Both the position numbers and the translations under genes were made by a program. The notes beneath the pieces are model-generated. The model saw only the letters and a program-made list of their open reading frames with translations. It did not search any database and was not told where the DNA came from. This document shows positions 16,927 through 26,211 of a stretch of 64,000 bases of DNA, in pieces. Numbering within the stretch: the stretch's first letter is position 1; every line of letters begins with the position of its first letter. Origin of the DNA: Candidatus Komeilibacteria bacterium RIFOXYD1_FULL_37_29 (GTDB lineage Bacteria; Patescibacteriota; Patescibacteriia; UBA1558; GWA2-36-10); assembly GCA_001818495.1 (NCBI GenBank), contig MHKS01000004.1, forward strand, positions 1,421 through 65,420, in the 5' to 3' direction.

Positions 16927-18297
16927 TTATTTATTTTTTCCTTTATTGTTAGTATTTTTTGGGGAAATAATCTTTTTTATATTTTTATTTATTTTTTTGA
17001 TTATTTCTGATTTACTTTGAGAGTACTTTTTGTCATCGTCATCATCACTATCATCATCATGTCTTTCACTAGTCCAATATTTTGGAGCTTTTCTAGCCTT
17101 GGTAGTAACCGTGATAGTGTTGGAAGCAGCAGACATATCGCCGTCTTTGTCATAGGCCTTAACTGTAAAGGTATAGGTAGTACCGGGATTAAGTCTGATA
17201 TTGTTAAAGTGTGGTCTTTTTACTTTAGCAATTTGTACGCCGTCTTTAAAGACTGCATAACCTGCGATATTGGTTTTATCAGCTGGAGCTTTCCATTTTA
17301 AATTTACATGTTTATAAGAAACCACATGAGCTTTAAGTTGACTAGGGGCAGTGGGGACAGTAGTGTCAGGGGGTGCTGTATAGGTGGTAGCGGTAGCTGT
17401 ATTGGAATTAGCAGAAGTATTGCCAGCTCCATCATAAGCTTTGATGGTATAAGAGTAAGTAGTTGAAGCGGTTAGACCAGTATTGTGGTAAGTATTAGTA
17501 GTGACATTGGCAATTTTTGTGTTGTTTCTAAAAATAGAATAACCAGTAACACCGACATTATCAGTGGAAGTGGTCCAACTCAAATTGATTTGAGAAGCAG
17601 AAACTGGGTTGGCTGTTAAGTTCGTTGGTGCACTAGGTGCTGTATTGTCAGTGGAAGTAGCTAAAGTAGTAGCGGAAGCCGTGTTAGAAAAATTTGATCT
17701 ATTGCCAGCTCCGTCATAAGCTTTGACAGTATAAGAGTAAGTAGTTGAAGCTGTTAGTCCCAAATCATTAAAAGTTGAGCCAATGATATTGGCAATTTCT
17801 GTATTGTCTCTAAAGATAGCATAACCAGTCACAGCTACATTGTCAGTCGAGGTATTCCAAGCCAAGCTTATTTGAGCAAATGAAACAGCATTGGCTGTCA
17901 GATTAGTTGGTGCGCTAGGAGCTGTAGTATCACTAGTGGCGCTTAGAGTGGTAGCCGAAATAGAAGTCGAATGAGCAGAAGCATTTCCAGCTCCGTCATA
18001 AGCTTTGATAGTATAAGAGTAAGTAGTCGAAGCTGTTAGGCCGATATTATAGAAAACCGTGTTGGTGGTGTTGGCGATTTGTAGGCCGTTTCTAAAAATA
18101 GAATAGCCAGTGACACCAACATTGTCAGTGGAAGTTACCCAACTCAAATTTATTTGTGAAGCCGAGACTGGGCTAGCACTTAGATTGCTTGGTACAGAAG
18201 GAGAGACGATATCGTCTACAGCTTGGGCTGAATTTATCATTACCAAAGAAAATACTCCGATGAGTAATGATCCCAAGATTAATACTACTTTTTTCAT
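16927..18297 (-). CDS. secreted protein with four tandem fibronectin type III-like repeats and acidic/lysine-rich tail
   Basis: Signal peptide; ~90-aa repeats PSAPTNLTA..SWxTSTDNVGVTGYxIFRN...GLTASTTYSYTxKAYDGAGN x4; DDDSDDDDD then K-rich C-terminus. Confidence 0.7.
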   Translation of the reverse strand: MKKVVLILGSLLIGVFSLVMINSAQAVDDIVSPSVPSNLSASPVSASQINLSWVTSTDNVGVTGYSIFRNGLQIANTTNTVFYNIGLTASTTYSYTIKAYDGAGNASAHSTSISATTLSATSDTTAPSAPTNLTANAVSFAQISLAWNTSTDNVAVTGYAIFRDNTEIANIIGSTFNDLGLTASTTYSYTVKAYDGAGNRSNFSNTASATTLATSTDNTAPSAPTNLTANPVSASQINLSWTTSTDNVGVTGYSIFRNNTKIANVTTNTYHNTGLTASTTYSYTIKAYDGAGNTSANSNTATATTYTAPPDTTVPTAPSQLKAHVVSYKHVNLKWKAPADKTNIAGYAVFKDGVQIAKVKRPHFNNIRLNPGTTYTFTVKAYDKDGDMSAASNTITVTTKARKAPKYWTSERHDDDSDDDDDKKYSQSKSEIIKKINKNIKKIISPKNTNNKGKNK

Positions 18298-18545
18298 AGT
18301 TATTTTAATAATTATTTGATTAATTAAAATCGCTTATATAAATTAATACAAAGCAACAATCTGTATGTTACATGGTATATTAATAGGTGGGCGGCGATAG
18401 TCATAAGAGGGGGTTAAAAATTGTCTAATATTAGGCAAATAGTGGTATTTTTAAATCCGTTCGGGGAGGAGAGATTAGACAAGAATTGTTATTTTGCTAT
18501 ATTAAGGTGAGACAATTGGTTAACTTATTTGTATATTATATAGCT

Positions 18546-19034
18546 ATGGGGGTTGGTCAGGACAGTTTTATTAGTTATTATGAGAAATATAAAGATAAGA
18601 TTTATCTATATTTTTTGTATCGGGTCAATTTTAATCGGGATACAGCCGAAGATCTTACCTCAGAAGTTTTTTTGAAAGCCTTAAAAAGTTTTGAAAATTT
18701 TGATCATAATCGTTCTTTCCAAGCCTGGATTTATGCCATTGCTCACAATCACCTGGTCAATTATTATCGAACTGCCAAGCGGGAAGTAGAGTTAACAGAA
18801 AATATTTTTAGTACTAAAGAGGATATCAAAAAAATTGAAGTAAATTATGAACTGGATCTGGTTTTAAAAGAAATTAATGGTTTGGAGGATAGCGACAAGG
18901 AAATATTATTAATGCGTTTTGTTGACGAGCTAACCAATCCAGAGATTGCCGATTTATTGGACAAAGAAGAGGGAGCAATTCGCACCAAAATAAGCCGTAG
19001 TTTAGATAAATTGAGAAAAAAATTAGAAAAATAG
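18546..19034 (+). CDS. ECF-type RNA polymerase sigma-70 family factor
   Basis: Region 2 (DTAEDLTSEVFLKA...AWIYAIAHNHLVNYYR) and region 4 HTH (LTNPEIADLLDKEEGAIRTKISR); ORF-track start 18486 is TTG, ATG 18546 preferred. Confidence 0.8.
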   Translation: MGVGQDSFISYYEKYKDKIYLYFLYRVNFNRDTAEDLTSEVFLKALKSFENFDHNRSFQAWIYAIAHNHLVNYYRTAKREVELTENIFSTKEDIKKIEVNYELDLVLKEINGLEDSDKEILLMRFVDELTNPEIADLLDKEEGAIRTKISRSLDKLRKKLEK

Positions 19035-19036
19035 CT

Positions 19037-19861
19037 ATGGATAATTTAGAAAAATATTTATCAAATTTACCAAAGCCAAAGCTTAGCCGTCTGGTCGATC
19101 TTAAAATTCGGTTTAGAATTTATCGTTTTATGATTTGGAAAGGTATGGGGAATTCAATGTCCACTCTTTTACATCCACATTCTTTTTGGCTTAGGGTTTC
19201 TTATATGACTTTGATTATTATGATTGTTTTGGGTAGTAGCGCAGTTTATGCAGCCAACAATGACAACATTACTCCCGGACATTCACTTTATCCCTTGAAA
19301 AAAACTATTGAGACAGTTGAACAAAATCTATCTTTGACCAAAAATGCTCAGGTCAATACTTTGAATAAACTATCTGAGCGTCGCTTAAAAGAAGCTATTA
19401 ATTTGGCTAGTGAAGATATTGAGAAAAATGACAATGAGCAGGAGTCTAATAGTAATATTAAACAAAATCTTGATGAATTGGTAGAAAATTTGAATGAGGC
19501 AGTTACTATTTCTCAGGAAATAGGCGATCAGGATAAAGCCCAGCAAGTTAAGGAAAATATTAAAGAGAAAAATGAAAATGTTATAAAGTATTTGGAAGAT
19601 TTGGGAGATATTGCTCGCCAAAAAAGAGACCATGAAATTTCTGATAAAGTTGATGAAGCCAAACAGGCCATCAGGAAGTATCAAAAAATATTGGAAGATG
19701 ATGAAAAATCTTCCAATAAAAAAGAAGACTCTAAAAAAAGTCTTTGGGAAAGACGTTCTGATAATAATGATGACAATGATGAGCCATTAAAAAATAGCAA
19801 CGAGTCAGGCCGAGATGATTTTTCAGATGAAGGCCGAGACGAAGATAATGGTAGTGATTAA
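19037..19861 (+). CDS. membrane protein downstream of sigma factor (putative anti-sigma factor), coiled-coil and acidic C-terminus
   Basis: Start 3 nt after sigma stop; single TM (LIIMIVLGSSAVYAA), then charged/coiled-coil region; context only. Confidence 0.4.
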   Translation: MDNLEKYLSNLPKPKLSRLVDLKIRFRIYRFMIWKGMGNSMSTLLHPHSFWLRVSYMTLIIMIVLGSSAVYAANNDNITPGHSLYPLKKTIETVEQNLSLTKNAQVNTLNKLSERRLKEAINLASEDIEKNDNEQESNSNIKQNLDELVENLNEAVTISQEIGDQDKAQQVKENIKEKNENVIKYLEDLGDIARQKRDHEISDKVDEAKQAIRKYQKILEDDEKSSNKKEDSKKSLWERRSDNNDDNDEPLKNSNESGRDDFSDEGRDEDNGSD

Positions 19862-19910
19862 TCAACAATATTATCAATAACCAAAAGCCATCTACAAAAA
19901 GGTGGTTTTT

Positions 19911-19919
19911 TGGTATAAT
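19911..19919 (+). promoter_or_regulatory. extended -10 TGGTATAAT upstream of 19949 gene
   Basis: TTTTTTGGTATAAT module. Confidence 0.35.
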
Positions 19920-19948
19920 ATAATTACTTATCAGTAAGCAGGGCAATT

Positions 19949-20839
19949 ATGGCCAAAAAAATCATTTTTATATTTTCTTTCAGCCTTTTATTTTGGGCGT
20001 TACCCAGTGTTTCTCAGGCAGGACTTTTAGATGGCTTGGCTTGTGTAAAATGTGGCAATTGCGGTTTTGCGGATATTGCCACAGCTTTTTATGATTTAAT
20101 AGTAATATTACTGGGAGCGATTGGTGCCGTGGCCTTGGTCTATTTTGTCTGGGGTGGTACTCGTTGGATGATTTCTGGTGGTAATATGGAAAGAGTGAAT
20201 GAAGGCAAATCTATTATGATTAATACTGTTTTTGCTATTATTTTGGCCTTTAGCAGTAATATTATGATCAAGTTTTTTATTGAAGATATTTTAAATGTTA
20301 ATATGGAGGAAATTCGTTTGGGGGCAGCCGGTGTCTGTGACGAAGCACTTAATGTTACCCAGAACCGGGCTAATAATGCAGTTGGTTGTACTTCGGCTTG
20401 GGAGGGAGGAATCTCTTGTGGTGGCAGTTGTGGTGGTATTAACACCAGCGGTATAAACACCCAACAATGTTCCGATGCTTCACCGGCTTTGACAGATTTA
20501 CTTACTTGTTTGACACAGGGTGTAAATAATAGTCAGGTTTTAGATCCTAGTGATTTGATTATTACTTCTATTAGTCAAGATATTGGTCTGGCAACTTGTC
20601 GAGACAATTGGGTAGATGCTACTTGTGTGCATGTCAGAAATTCTTGCCATTATGGCGGACCAGCCAAAAATATGGACGGATCTTATGCCGCTGATTTAAG
20701 GAGCACTCATTTAAGTGATAGTCAGAGAGATGTTATTAGAACTATTATTGTTTCTTGTCATGGAAATTATTTATACCATCCGCCGTCTGATCCACCAACC
20801 CATATTCATATTAGTGCCGCTGGTTGTGGTGGTACCTAG
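19949..20839 (+). CDS. secreted/membrane protein with VirB2/TrbC-pilin-like topology and Cys-rich C-terminal extension
   Basis: Signal peptide (..SVSQA), then two hydrophobic helices separated by short polar loop (VALVYFVWGGTRWMISGGN...INTVFAIILAFSS), 170-aa tail with about 20 Cys; topology argument only. Confidence 0.3.
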   Translation: MAKKIIFIFSFSLLFWALPSVSQAGLLDGLACVKCGNCGFADIATAFYDLIVILLGAIGAVALVYFVWGGTRWMISGGNMERVNEGKSIMINTVFAIILAFSSNIMIKFFIEDILNVNMEEIRLGAAGVCDEALNVTQNRANNAVGCTSAWEGGISCGGSCGGINTSGINTQQCSDASPALTDLLTCLTQGVNNSQVLDPSDLIITSISQDIGLATCRDNWVDATCVHVRNSCHYGGPAKNMDGSYAADLRSTHLSDSQRDVIRTIIVSCHGNYLYHPPSDPPTHIHISAAGCGGT

Positions 20840-20885
20840 ATAATTATCATGGTGGCTAGTAAATTAAATTTTAATTGTTTAATTT

Positions 20886-21200
20886 ATGAATCTAAATAAA
20901 ATGTCCCCGGTCCTTGTTGGATTTTTGCAGTCAGTTGGTGTGGCTATTTACTGTGCTCTGGTCTCTTTATTTTTCTGGTCAATGGGGAATAATCTTGACG
21001 AACCACCACAGATTTTAGGAATGGCCACAATGTTATTTTTATTGGTTTTTTCGGTCGCTGTTTGTGGCACTTTGGTTTTTGGCTACCCAAGTTATTTAAT
21101 GATCGGCCAAAATATCAAAAGAGCTTTACATATTTTAGCTTATACTTTGCTGTTTTCCATACTGATATTGGGAATTGTTTTGTTAGCAATTGTTTTGTAG
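20886..21200 (+). CDS. small integral membrane protein (3 TM)
   Basis: Hydrophobicity pattern only. Confidence 0.35.
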   Translation: MNLNKMSPVLVGFLQSVGVAIYCALVSLFFWSMGNNLDEPPQILGMATMLFLLVFSVAVCGTLVFGYPSYLMIGQNIKRALHILAYTLLFSILILGIVLLAIVL

Positions 21201-21220
21201 TTAATTATTTAGAATAATAG

Positions 21221-21246
21221 AAATCGCCAGTTGGGCGATTTTTTGG
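21221..21246 (+). terminator. terminator AAATCGCC-agtt-GGGCGATTT + T-run, fused to -10 TGGTATAAT (21244-21252)
   Basis: Hairpin + T6; same stem sequence recurs at 24086. Confidence 0.6.
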
Positions 21247-21275
21247 TATAATAAAGGCATTATTAAATCATTACT

Positions 21276-21803
21276 ATGAACAAAGTCATTATTTCATTAT
21301 TTTTAATACCCCTCTTAGCCGGTTGTAGCCTATGGGGGAAAGATAAACAAACCAATCCAACAGGGGAAAATAATAATAATCAAGTTGAGGACAATAAAGT
21401 TGTAGAAGGCGATTTGGATTATTCGGATCTTAACTCAGCGGTTGGTTTGGAACTTCCACAGGCCTTAAAAGGTGATTTACGTTTAGGGGCTATTCGGTCA
21501 TCAGAGGGACTTGATCTGCCGGAGAGTATGGAAGGAGATCTTTATCTTTTTAGTCTGACTTCCGCTGAGGGATTAAATCTGCCACAGACAGTCAAGGGTA
21601 ATCTTTATTTAAATAGTCTGACTTCCGCCAAAGACTTGGTTTTACCAAAGAATATTTCCGGAGATCTTGATTTATCTGGACTACTTTCGGCAGATAGTCT
21701 CAATCTTCCAGAAGAGGTGGGGGGCATTGTCTATTTGCGTAGCTTAAAAGATAGCGAGAAACAAACCATAAAAGATCAATACCCACAGCTAAATATTCTA
21801 TAA
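21276..21803 (+). CDS. lipoprotein with five tandem ~20-aa repeats (LxLPxxxxGDLyLxSLTSAEG)
   Basis: Lipobox LLAGCS; repeats readable in translation. Confidence 0.5.
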   Translation: MNKVIISLFLIPLLAGCSLWGKDKQTNPTGENNNNQVEDNKVVEGDLDYSDLNSAVGLELPQALKGDLRLGAIRSSEGLDLPESMEGDLYLFSLTSAEGLNLPQTVKGNLYLNSLTSAKDLVLPKNISGDLDLSGLLSADSLNLPEEVGGIVYLRSLKDSEKQTIKDQYPQLNIL

Positions 21804-21908
21804 ATTAAAATAAAGCGAAAAAAGATTAGCTGGGGCACAGTCAACTAATCTTTTTGTTACCTTTTAACTTTTTATTCGTTATATATTAGTGAGAGAAGAT
21901 AAAAATCC

Positions 21909-22460
21909 ATGGATAATAAAGAATTAGCGCTAATTCAGGCCTGTCAAAGCGGAAACAATGAAGCTTTTGGACAATTATATGACCAGTATTTTAAAAAAAT
22001 ATACAGTTTTATCTATTATAAGGTTAGCCACAAGGAAAGCGCGGAAGATTTGGTAGCGGATACTTTTTATAAAGCTCTGGCTAATTTAAAAAAATTTAAT
22101 AGCGCTCAAGGAAATTTCAACGCCTGGATTTATCGAATAGCCAGGAATACAGTGATTGATCACTACCGCGGTAGTAAAGATGTTCAAGATTTGGGGGCTT
22201 TACCGGATTTTTCAGAGATAGATAGTACTATAGATCAAAGATTATCTTTGGAAGAAGTGCGTGATAAATTATATAAGTTAAATGAAACCCAGAGAGAAAT
22301 AATTATTTTACGGGTTTGGCATGATTTATCATATCAAGAGATAGCCGAAATAGTCGGCAAGTCAGAGGATAACTGCAAAATGATTTTTTCCCGGGGTATT
22401 AAAGAACTTAGATTATCACTAGCTAGTCTCATAATATTATTTACTATGTTGATCAATTAA
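21909..22460 (+). CDS. ECF-type RNA polymerase sigma-70 family factor
   Basis: Region 2 (AEDLVADTFYKA...AWIYRIARNTVIDHYR) and region 4 (LSYQEIAEIVGKSEDNCKMIFSRG). Confidence 0.8.
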   Translation: MDNKELALIQACQSGNNEAFGQLYDQYFKKIYSFIYYKVSHKESAEDLVADTFYKALANLKKFNSAQGNFNAWIYRIARNTVIDHYRGSKDVQDLGALPDFSEIDSTIDQRLSLEEVRDKLYKLNETQREIIILRVWHDLSYQEIAEIVGKSEDNCKMIFSRGIKELRLSLASLIILFTMLIN

Positions 22461-22464
22461 AAAT

Positions 22465-23982
22465 ATGACAGAAAATATAAAAATTTTTTTAGATGACTTA
22501 TATGCAGTGGACAGTAGCTTTAAAAAACACGAAAGAGAATTGATTGATATTATAGAAAAATTATTATCTTCTAAACCAGATATAAAATTTAATAAATCTT
22601 TCCAAAGCCGGTTGCGCGCCGAGCTTTTGGAAAAATTAGCCCAAAAAGAAAATAAAAAAATTAATTTTAATTATATGAATAACAAACTATTTTATGCTTT
22701 TGGTGCATTAGCACTATTTTTATTGCTAATTATACCAAGCTTATCTCCAGAGAGTTCTTTCAAGAATACCAAGACAGCCAAAGTCAATTTTGACTTACAG
22801 GTTAATAAGGTCAGTAAAAATGCTTTTGGTCCATTGGTGGCTCAAAATGCTGCTACAGCCGGATCAGAAGTTTCTTATGCCGTTGGTCGTGGTGGTGGCG
22901 GTGGTGGAGTAGCCGCAGCCGGGGATATGGCTGTTGAAGCGGACAGTAAATTAATATACCCTCAGCCCGTAGAGTACAAATATGTTTATGCCGGAGAAGA
23001 ATTTTCTCTTGATAATGCTCAAATGGAAGTTTTGAAAAAGATCAAAGGTTCAGGTTCTCAAAACGAGATGGCTCAATTTTTACAAAACGTAAATTTTGAT
23101 AATATCAGTTTACAATCTTTGGACGATCCTAAACTAAGAAACTTTACTATCTACGAGGACAAAGACTTTGGTTATTCTATTTATGTTGATTTGTATGAAG
23201 GTATGATTTCTATCAATGAAACTTGGGAAAGATGGCCAATCTATAATTACAATACTTATCTTGAGCCGATGAAGATAGAAAATATTCCTGGCGACGAACA
23301 ACTGATAGGCATGGCCAATAAATTTTTAAATGATTATGGTATCAGTACCGCTAGCTATGGCGAGCCACGGGTAGACAATAGTTGGCGCGAAATTTATATG
23401 CGGACTGAAGATAAGAGTATGGTCTATGTGCCGGATGTAATGACTATTGTTTACCCATTGATTATTAATGGGCAGGAAATTTATGAAGAATGGGGTGGAA
23501 CTATGGGGCTTCGAGTGTCTATAAATGTTAGATATAACAAGGTCAGCAACATGTGGAATTTGAGCAATCAGAAATATCAGAGCTCAATTTATGACATGGA
23601 AACAGATGTTAATAAAATATTAGACTTAGCCTCACGTGGCGGAAATTATTATTACTACTATCAGGATCCTAGTGCTAAAACAGTAGAAATAACTCTGGGT
23701 ACTCCACGCTTGGGCTATATGCAGACCTGGCAGTATACTGATAATGTTAGCCATGAGTTATTGGTCCCAGCTTTGATTTTTCCGGTCACCAATATTCCTA
23801 CCGATGCCGAGTATTTTTATCGGGAGAGCGTAGTTATTCCACTGGCCAAAGAAATTATTGATCAAAGGATGCAGGGTGGTGATTTGCCAGTACAGATTAT
23901 GGAGGATCAAACAGTGTCATCAGAAGAGACAGCTCCAGCCGAGCCAGTAGTTGACTTACCAGCCGTAAAATTGGAAGAATAA
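22465..23982 (+). CDS. membrane-anchored protein downstream of sigma factor (putative anti-sigma/sensor), Gly-rich linker and large extracytoplasmic domain
   Basis: Start 5 nt after sigma stop; N-terminal cytoplasmic segment, one TM, GRGGGGGGVAAAG linker; context only. Confidence 0.4.
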   Translation: MTENIKIFLDDLYAVDSSFKKHERELIDIIEKLLSSKPDIKFNKSFQSRLRAELLEKLAQKENKKINFNYMNNKLFYAFGALALFLLLIIPSLSPESSFKNTKTAKVNFDLQVNKVSKNAFGPLVAQNAATAGSEVSYAVGRGGGGGGVAAAGDMAVEADSKLIYPQPVEYKYVYAGEEFSLDNAQMEVLKKIKGSGSQNEMAQFLQNVNFDNISLQSLDDPKLRNFTIYEDKDFGYSIYVDLYEGMISINETWERWPIYNYNTYLEPMKIENIPGDEQLIGMANKFLNDYGISTASYGEPRVDNSWREIYMRTEDKSMVYVPDVMTIVYPLIINGQEIYEEWGGTMGLRVSINVRYNKVSNMWNLSNQKYQSSIYDMETDVNKILDLASRGGNYYYYYQDPSAKTVEITLGTPRLGYMQTWQYTDNVSHELLVPALIFPVTNIPTDAEYFYRESVVIPLAKEIIDQRMQGGDLPVQIMEDQTVSSEETAPAEPVVDLPAVKLEE

Positions 23983-24085
23983 CTTGAAAAATTTTTCATG
24001 AAACACCCAAAATTGGTATTTTTTTCTGAAAATATAGACATCTTAAAACCTAAAGACAGTTAATTTTTATAAATTTTTTTAATAA

Positions 24086-24109
24086 AAATCGCCTCTAGGG
24101 CGATTTTTT
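24086..24109 (+). terminator. terminator AAAATCGCC-tcta-GGGCGATTTTTT fused to -10 TGGTATACT (24109-24117)
   Basis: Same stem as 21221 terminator. Confidence 0.6.
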
Positions 24110-24141
24110 GGTATACTAAGTGTATTATTAATATAAAAAAT

Positions 24142-24861
24142 ATGAAAAATATAGTATTTATTTTAGCCATAAGCTTGCTTTTGTCTGGTTGCTCTTTGAT
24201 TAGATCCGTTCCCAAAATAGAGCCAAATACTCAATCACCAGATGGTATAAACACCAATTCGCCAGCGCCAGTGGTTACCGTTAAAGATAGTCTTGATTTG
24301 AGTGGGCAAGGCTTGAGCCAGGTTGATCAATCAGTTTTTAAGCAAAGCAATTTACGTCAGTTAGATGTTTCTGACAACCAATTGACCGGGGCTTTGCCAG
24401 CTGAGATTAGACAGTTACAAAATTTGCAGATTTTAAGAGCGACCAATAATCAAATGACTGGTGTACCAGCGGAGATTGGACAACTTAGTAATTTGATAGA
24501 ACTGGATTTATCAAACAATCAATTGACTGGTTTACCTTACGAACTCGGAAATTTAAAAAATTTAAAAATATTAAATTTATCAGGTAATAACGTATCACAA
24601 TATGATCTAGATATTATTCGTCAGAGCTTATCGGCGGATGTAAATATTATTATGGACAGCCAGCAAAATGTGGCAGTGATTTATTGTCAGCCAGAGCAAA
24701 GACAGGCTGAAGTATGTACGACTATTTATAGTCCAGTGTGTGCCACAGTTAATATCCAATGTATCAAAGCGCCCTGTGATCCTATTAAGGAAACTTTTTC
24801 TAATAGTTGTGTAGCTTGTCAAAATAGTTTAGTAGAATCTTATGTTACTGGGGAATGTTAA
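24142..24861 (+). CDS. lipoprotein with leucine-rich repeats and C-terminal Kazal-like Cys-rich domain
   Basis: Lipobox LLSGCS; LRR units LxxLxxLDLSNNQLTGLP x5; C-terminal C..YSPVCATV..C..C..FSNSCVAC..C pattern resembling Kazal inhibitor domain. Confidence 0.5.
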   Translation: MKNIVFILAISLLLSGCSLIRSVPKIEPNTQSPDGINTNSPAPVVTVKDSLDLSGQGLSQVDQSVFKQSNLRQLDVSDNQLTGALPAEIRQLQNLQILRATNNQMTGVPAEIGQLSNLIELDLSNNQLTGLPYELGNLKNLKILNLSGNNVSQYDLDIIRQSLSADVNIIMDSQQNVAVIYCQPEQRQAEVCTTIYSPVCATVNIQCIKAPCDPIKETFSNSCVACQNSLVESYVTGEC

Positions 24862-24995
24862 ATTATGGCTCAATAGTATTTTTAAAAAGAAAAGGGGATT
24901 TTTGGAAAAGTTGGAGAAAATATTTTAGAAATTAATAGAGTAAGGCGTTTTGGCGTCTCACTCTATTTTTGATTTCCGGGCGAGTAGTGTAGAGT

Positions 24996-25172
24996 TTAAC
25001 GCTCTTCTCGTTCGAAATCTTCAACCGGCTCTTCGTCTGATGTAACAGACACTGGCGGAAGATGGTCTGGCCGTCCATGATTTTGTCTAGCGCTTTTGGC
25101 GCCAGTACAACTACATTGGAGGCCCACGGGCACACCAACATGACAGAACGGGCAAGTGTCAATCTCGGCCAT
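24996..25172 (-). CDS. small Cys4 zinc-ribbon-like protein (58 aa) with acidic tail
   Basis: SD AAAGGAG 7 nt upstream of ATG; CPFC...C.C motif; GC-rich (~50%) island; longer 85-aa ORF-track version overlaps upstream small gene. Confidence 0.4.
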   Translation of the reverse strand: MAEIDTCPFCHVGVPVGLQCSCTGAKSARQNHGRPDHLPPVSVTSDEEPVEDFEREER

Positions 25173-25209
25173 AAAATACTCCTTTCGGGCAAGAGACATG
25201 GTTGGGTAT

Positions 25210-25320
25210 TTAGTGGAGAATGCCTGGAAGGTATAGGTAGGCAAGGAAAGCAAGTATTATGCCTACCATACTAACCAATAAGTAGATACTGCCATGAATT
25301 AGGTCTTTACGAATACCCAT
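25210..25320 (-). CDS. 36-aa hydrophobic membrane peptide (MGIRKDLIHGSIYLLVSMVGIILAFLAYLYLPGILH)
   Basis: Consensus SD AAAGGAGGA 7 nt upstream; single predicted TM helix; immediately upstream of the zinc-ribbon gene on the same strand. Confidence 0.35.
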   Translation of the reverse strand: MGIRKDLIHGSIYLLVSMVGIILAFLAYLYLPGILH

Positions 25321-25503
25321 CTTTTAATCCTCCTTTCAAGCCAAGATACTTTGTGATATAGAACGGGGATATAATTTTGAAGTTTAATTGAAAACTTAGA
25401 GCTAGTCAATATTTATAGTTTGACAAAATAGTTTTTAGAGAGTAGTTTAGGTAGTTGAGAAGAAGTTTTTTTACATAACCTATGACTATGAAAGGAGTTT
25501 GTC

Positions 25504-26211
25504 ATGAAAGCTGTATCGAGATGGCTTTATGACTGCCTCAGTCATATGGTCTTAATTGTTGGCTGGCTATGGGCTTATTACATTTTCCGTATCAAAAACA
25601 AGGTCGAGATAATCGGCCGAGAAAATATACCCCATAGTACCAATGCACTATTCCTTTCCAACCATCAAACACTGATCGACTCTTTCCTAATTGGATTGGT
25701 TACGGTCAGTTTTTGGGAGACGCTTTTTCATCCCGAGCGTATTCCTTGGAATGCCCCTGATCGAACCAACTTTTTGACGCATAGGGTCTGGAAACACCTT
25801 TTCCAGCTTTTGAAAAATGTACCAGTAGAGCGTAAGATTACTAATCTAGAAACCATCAATCATCAGGTAGAGCTTTTTTGTGAAGCTCTAACTGGTAGTA
25901 ATCTGTTATTATTTTTTGAAGGCACTCGGACCAGGAATGGCGATATCGGCGAATGTCGTCCAGGGGTATCTGAGACCATCCGCTTAGCTAAACCACGTTT
26001 TGTCGTTCCAATATTATTGGAAGACATACAGGTAATCATGCCAATTGAAGTAGGTTTCAGCTACAAAGGTATTTCTGGTGGCCACAAAGGTCGCATTGTT
26101 ATCGGGCAGCCGATTGATTTTTCCGACCTGGATATGTCAGGTCGAGTGAGAAAAGAGATCGGACATCGTGTCCGGCAAGCAGTGATTGATTTAAAAACTC
26201 ATCGTCAGTAG
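25504..26211 (+). CDS. 1-acyl-sn-glycerol-3-phosphate acyltransferase family (PlsC-like LPLAT)
   Basis: NHQTLIDSF (HX4D motif), FFEGTRTRNG (FPEGTR motif), N-terminal TM; SD AAAGGAG; GC-elevated. Confidence 0.7.
   Translation: MKAVSRWLYDCLSHMVLIVGWLWAYYIFRIKNKVEIIGRENIPHSTNALFLSNHQTLIDSFLIGLVTVSFWETLFHPERIPWNAPDRTNFLTHRVWKHLFQLLKNVPVERKITNLETINHQVELFCEALTGSNLLLFFEGTRTRNGDIGECRPGVSETIRLAKPRFVVPILLEDIQVIMPIEVGFSYKGISGGHKGRIVIGQPIDFSDLDMSGRVRKEIGHRVRQAVIDLKTHRQ

Noticed and set aside
19870-19910. Possible terminator hairpin before the 19911 -10 box (AACCA...TGGTT)
   Set aside because: Only a 5-bp weak stem with a long loop. The T-run is real but the hairpin is not convincing enough to call a terminator.
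24932-25274. ORF-track frames 24932..25192(-), 24996..25253(-, 85 aa) and 25062..25274(+) in the second GC-rich block
   Set aside because: The 85-aa frame runs through the separate, SD-equipped 36-aa gene in another frame. The internal ATG at 25172, with its own SD, gives a cleaner 58-aa zinc-ribbon protein. The plus-strand frame is antisense to both.
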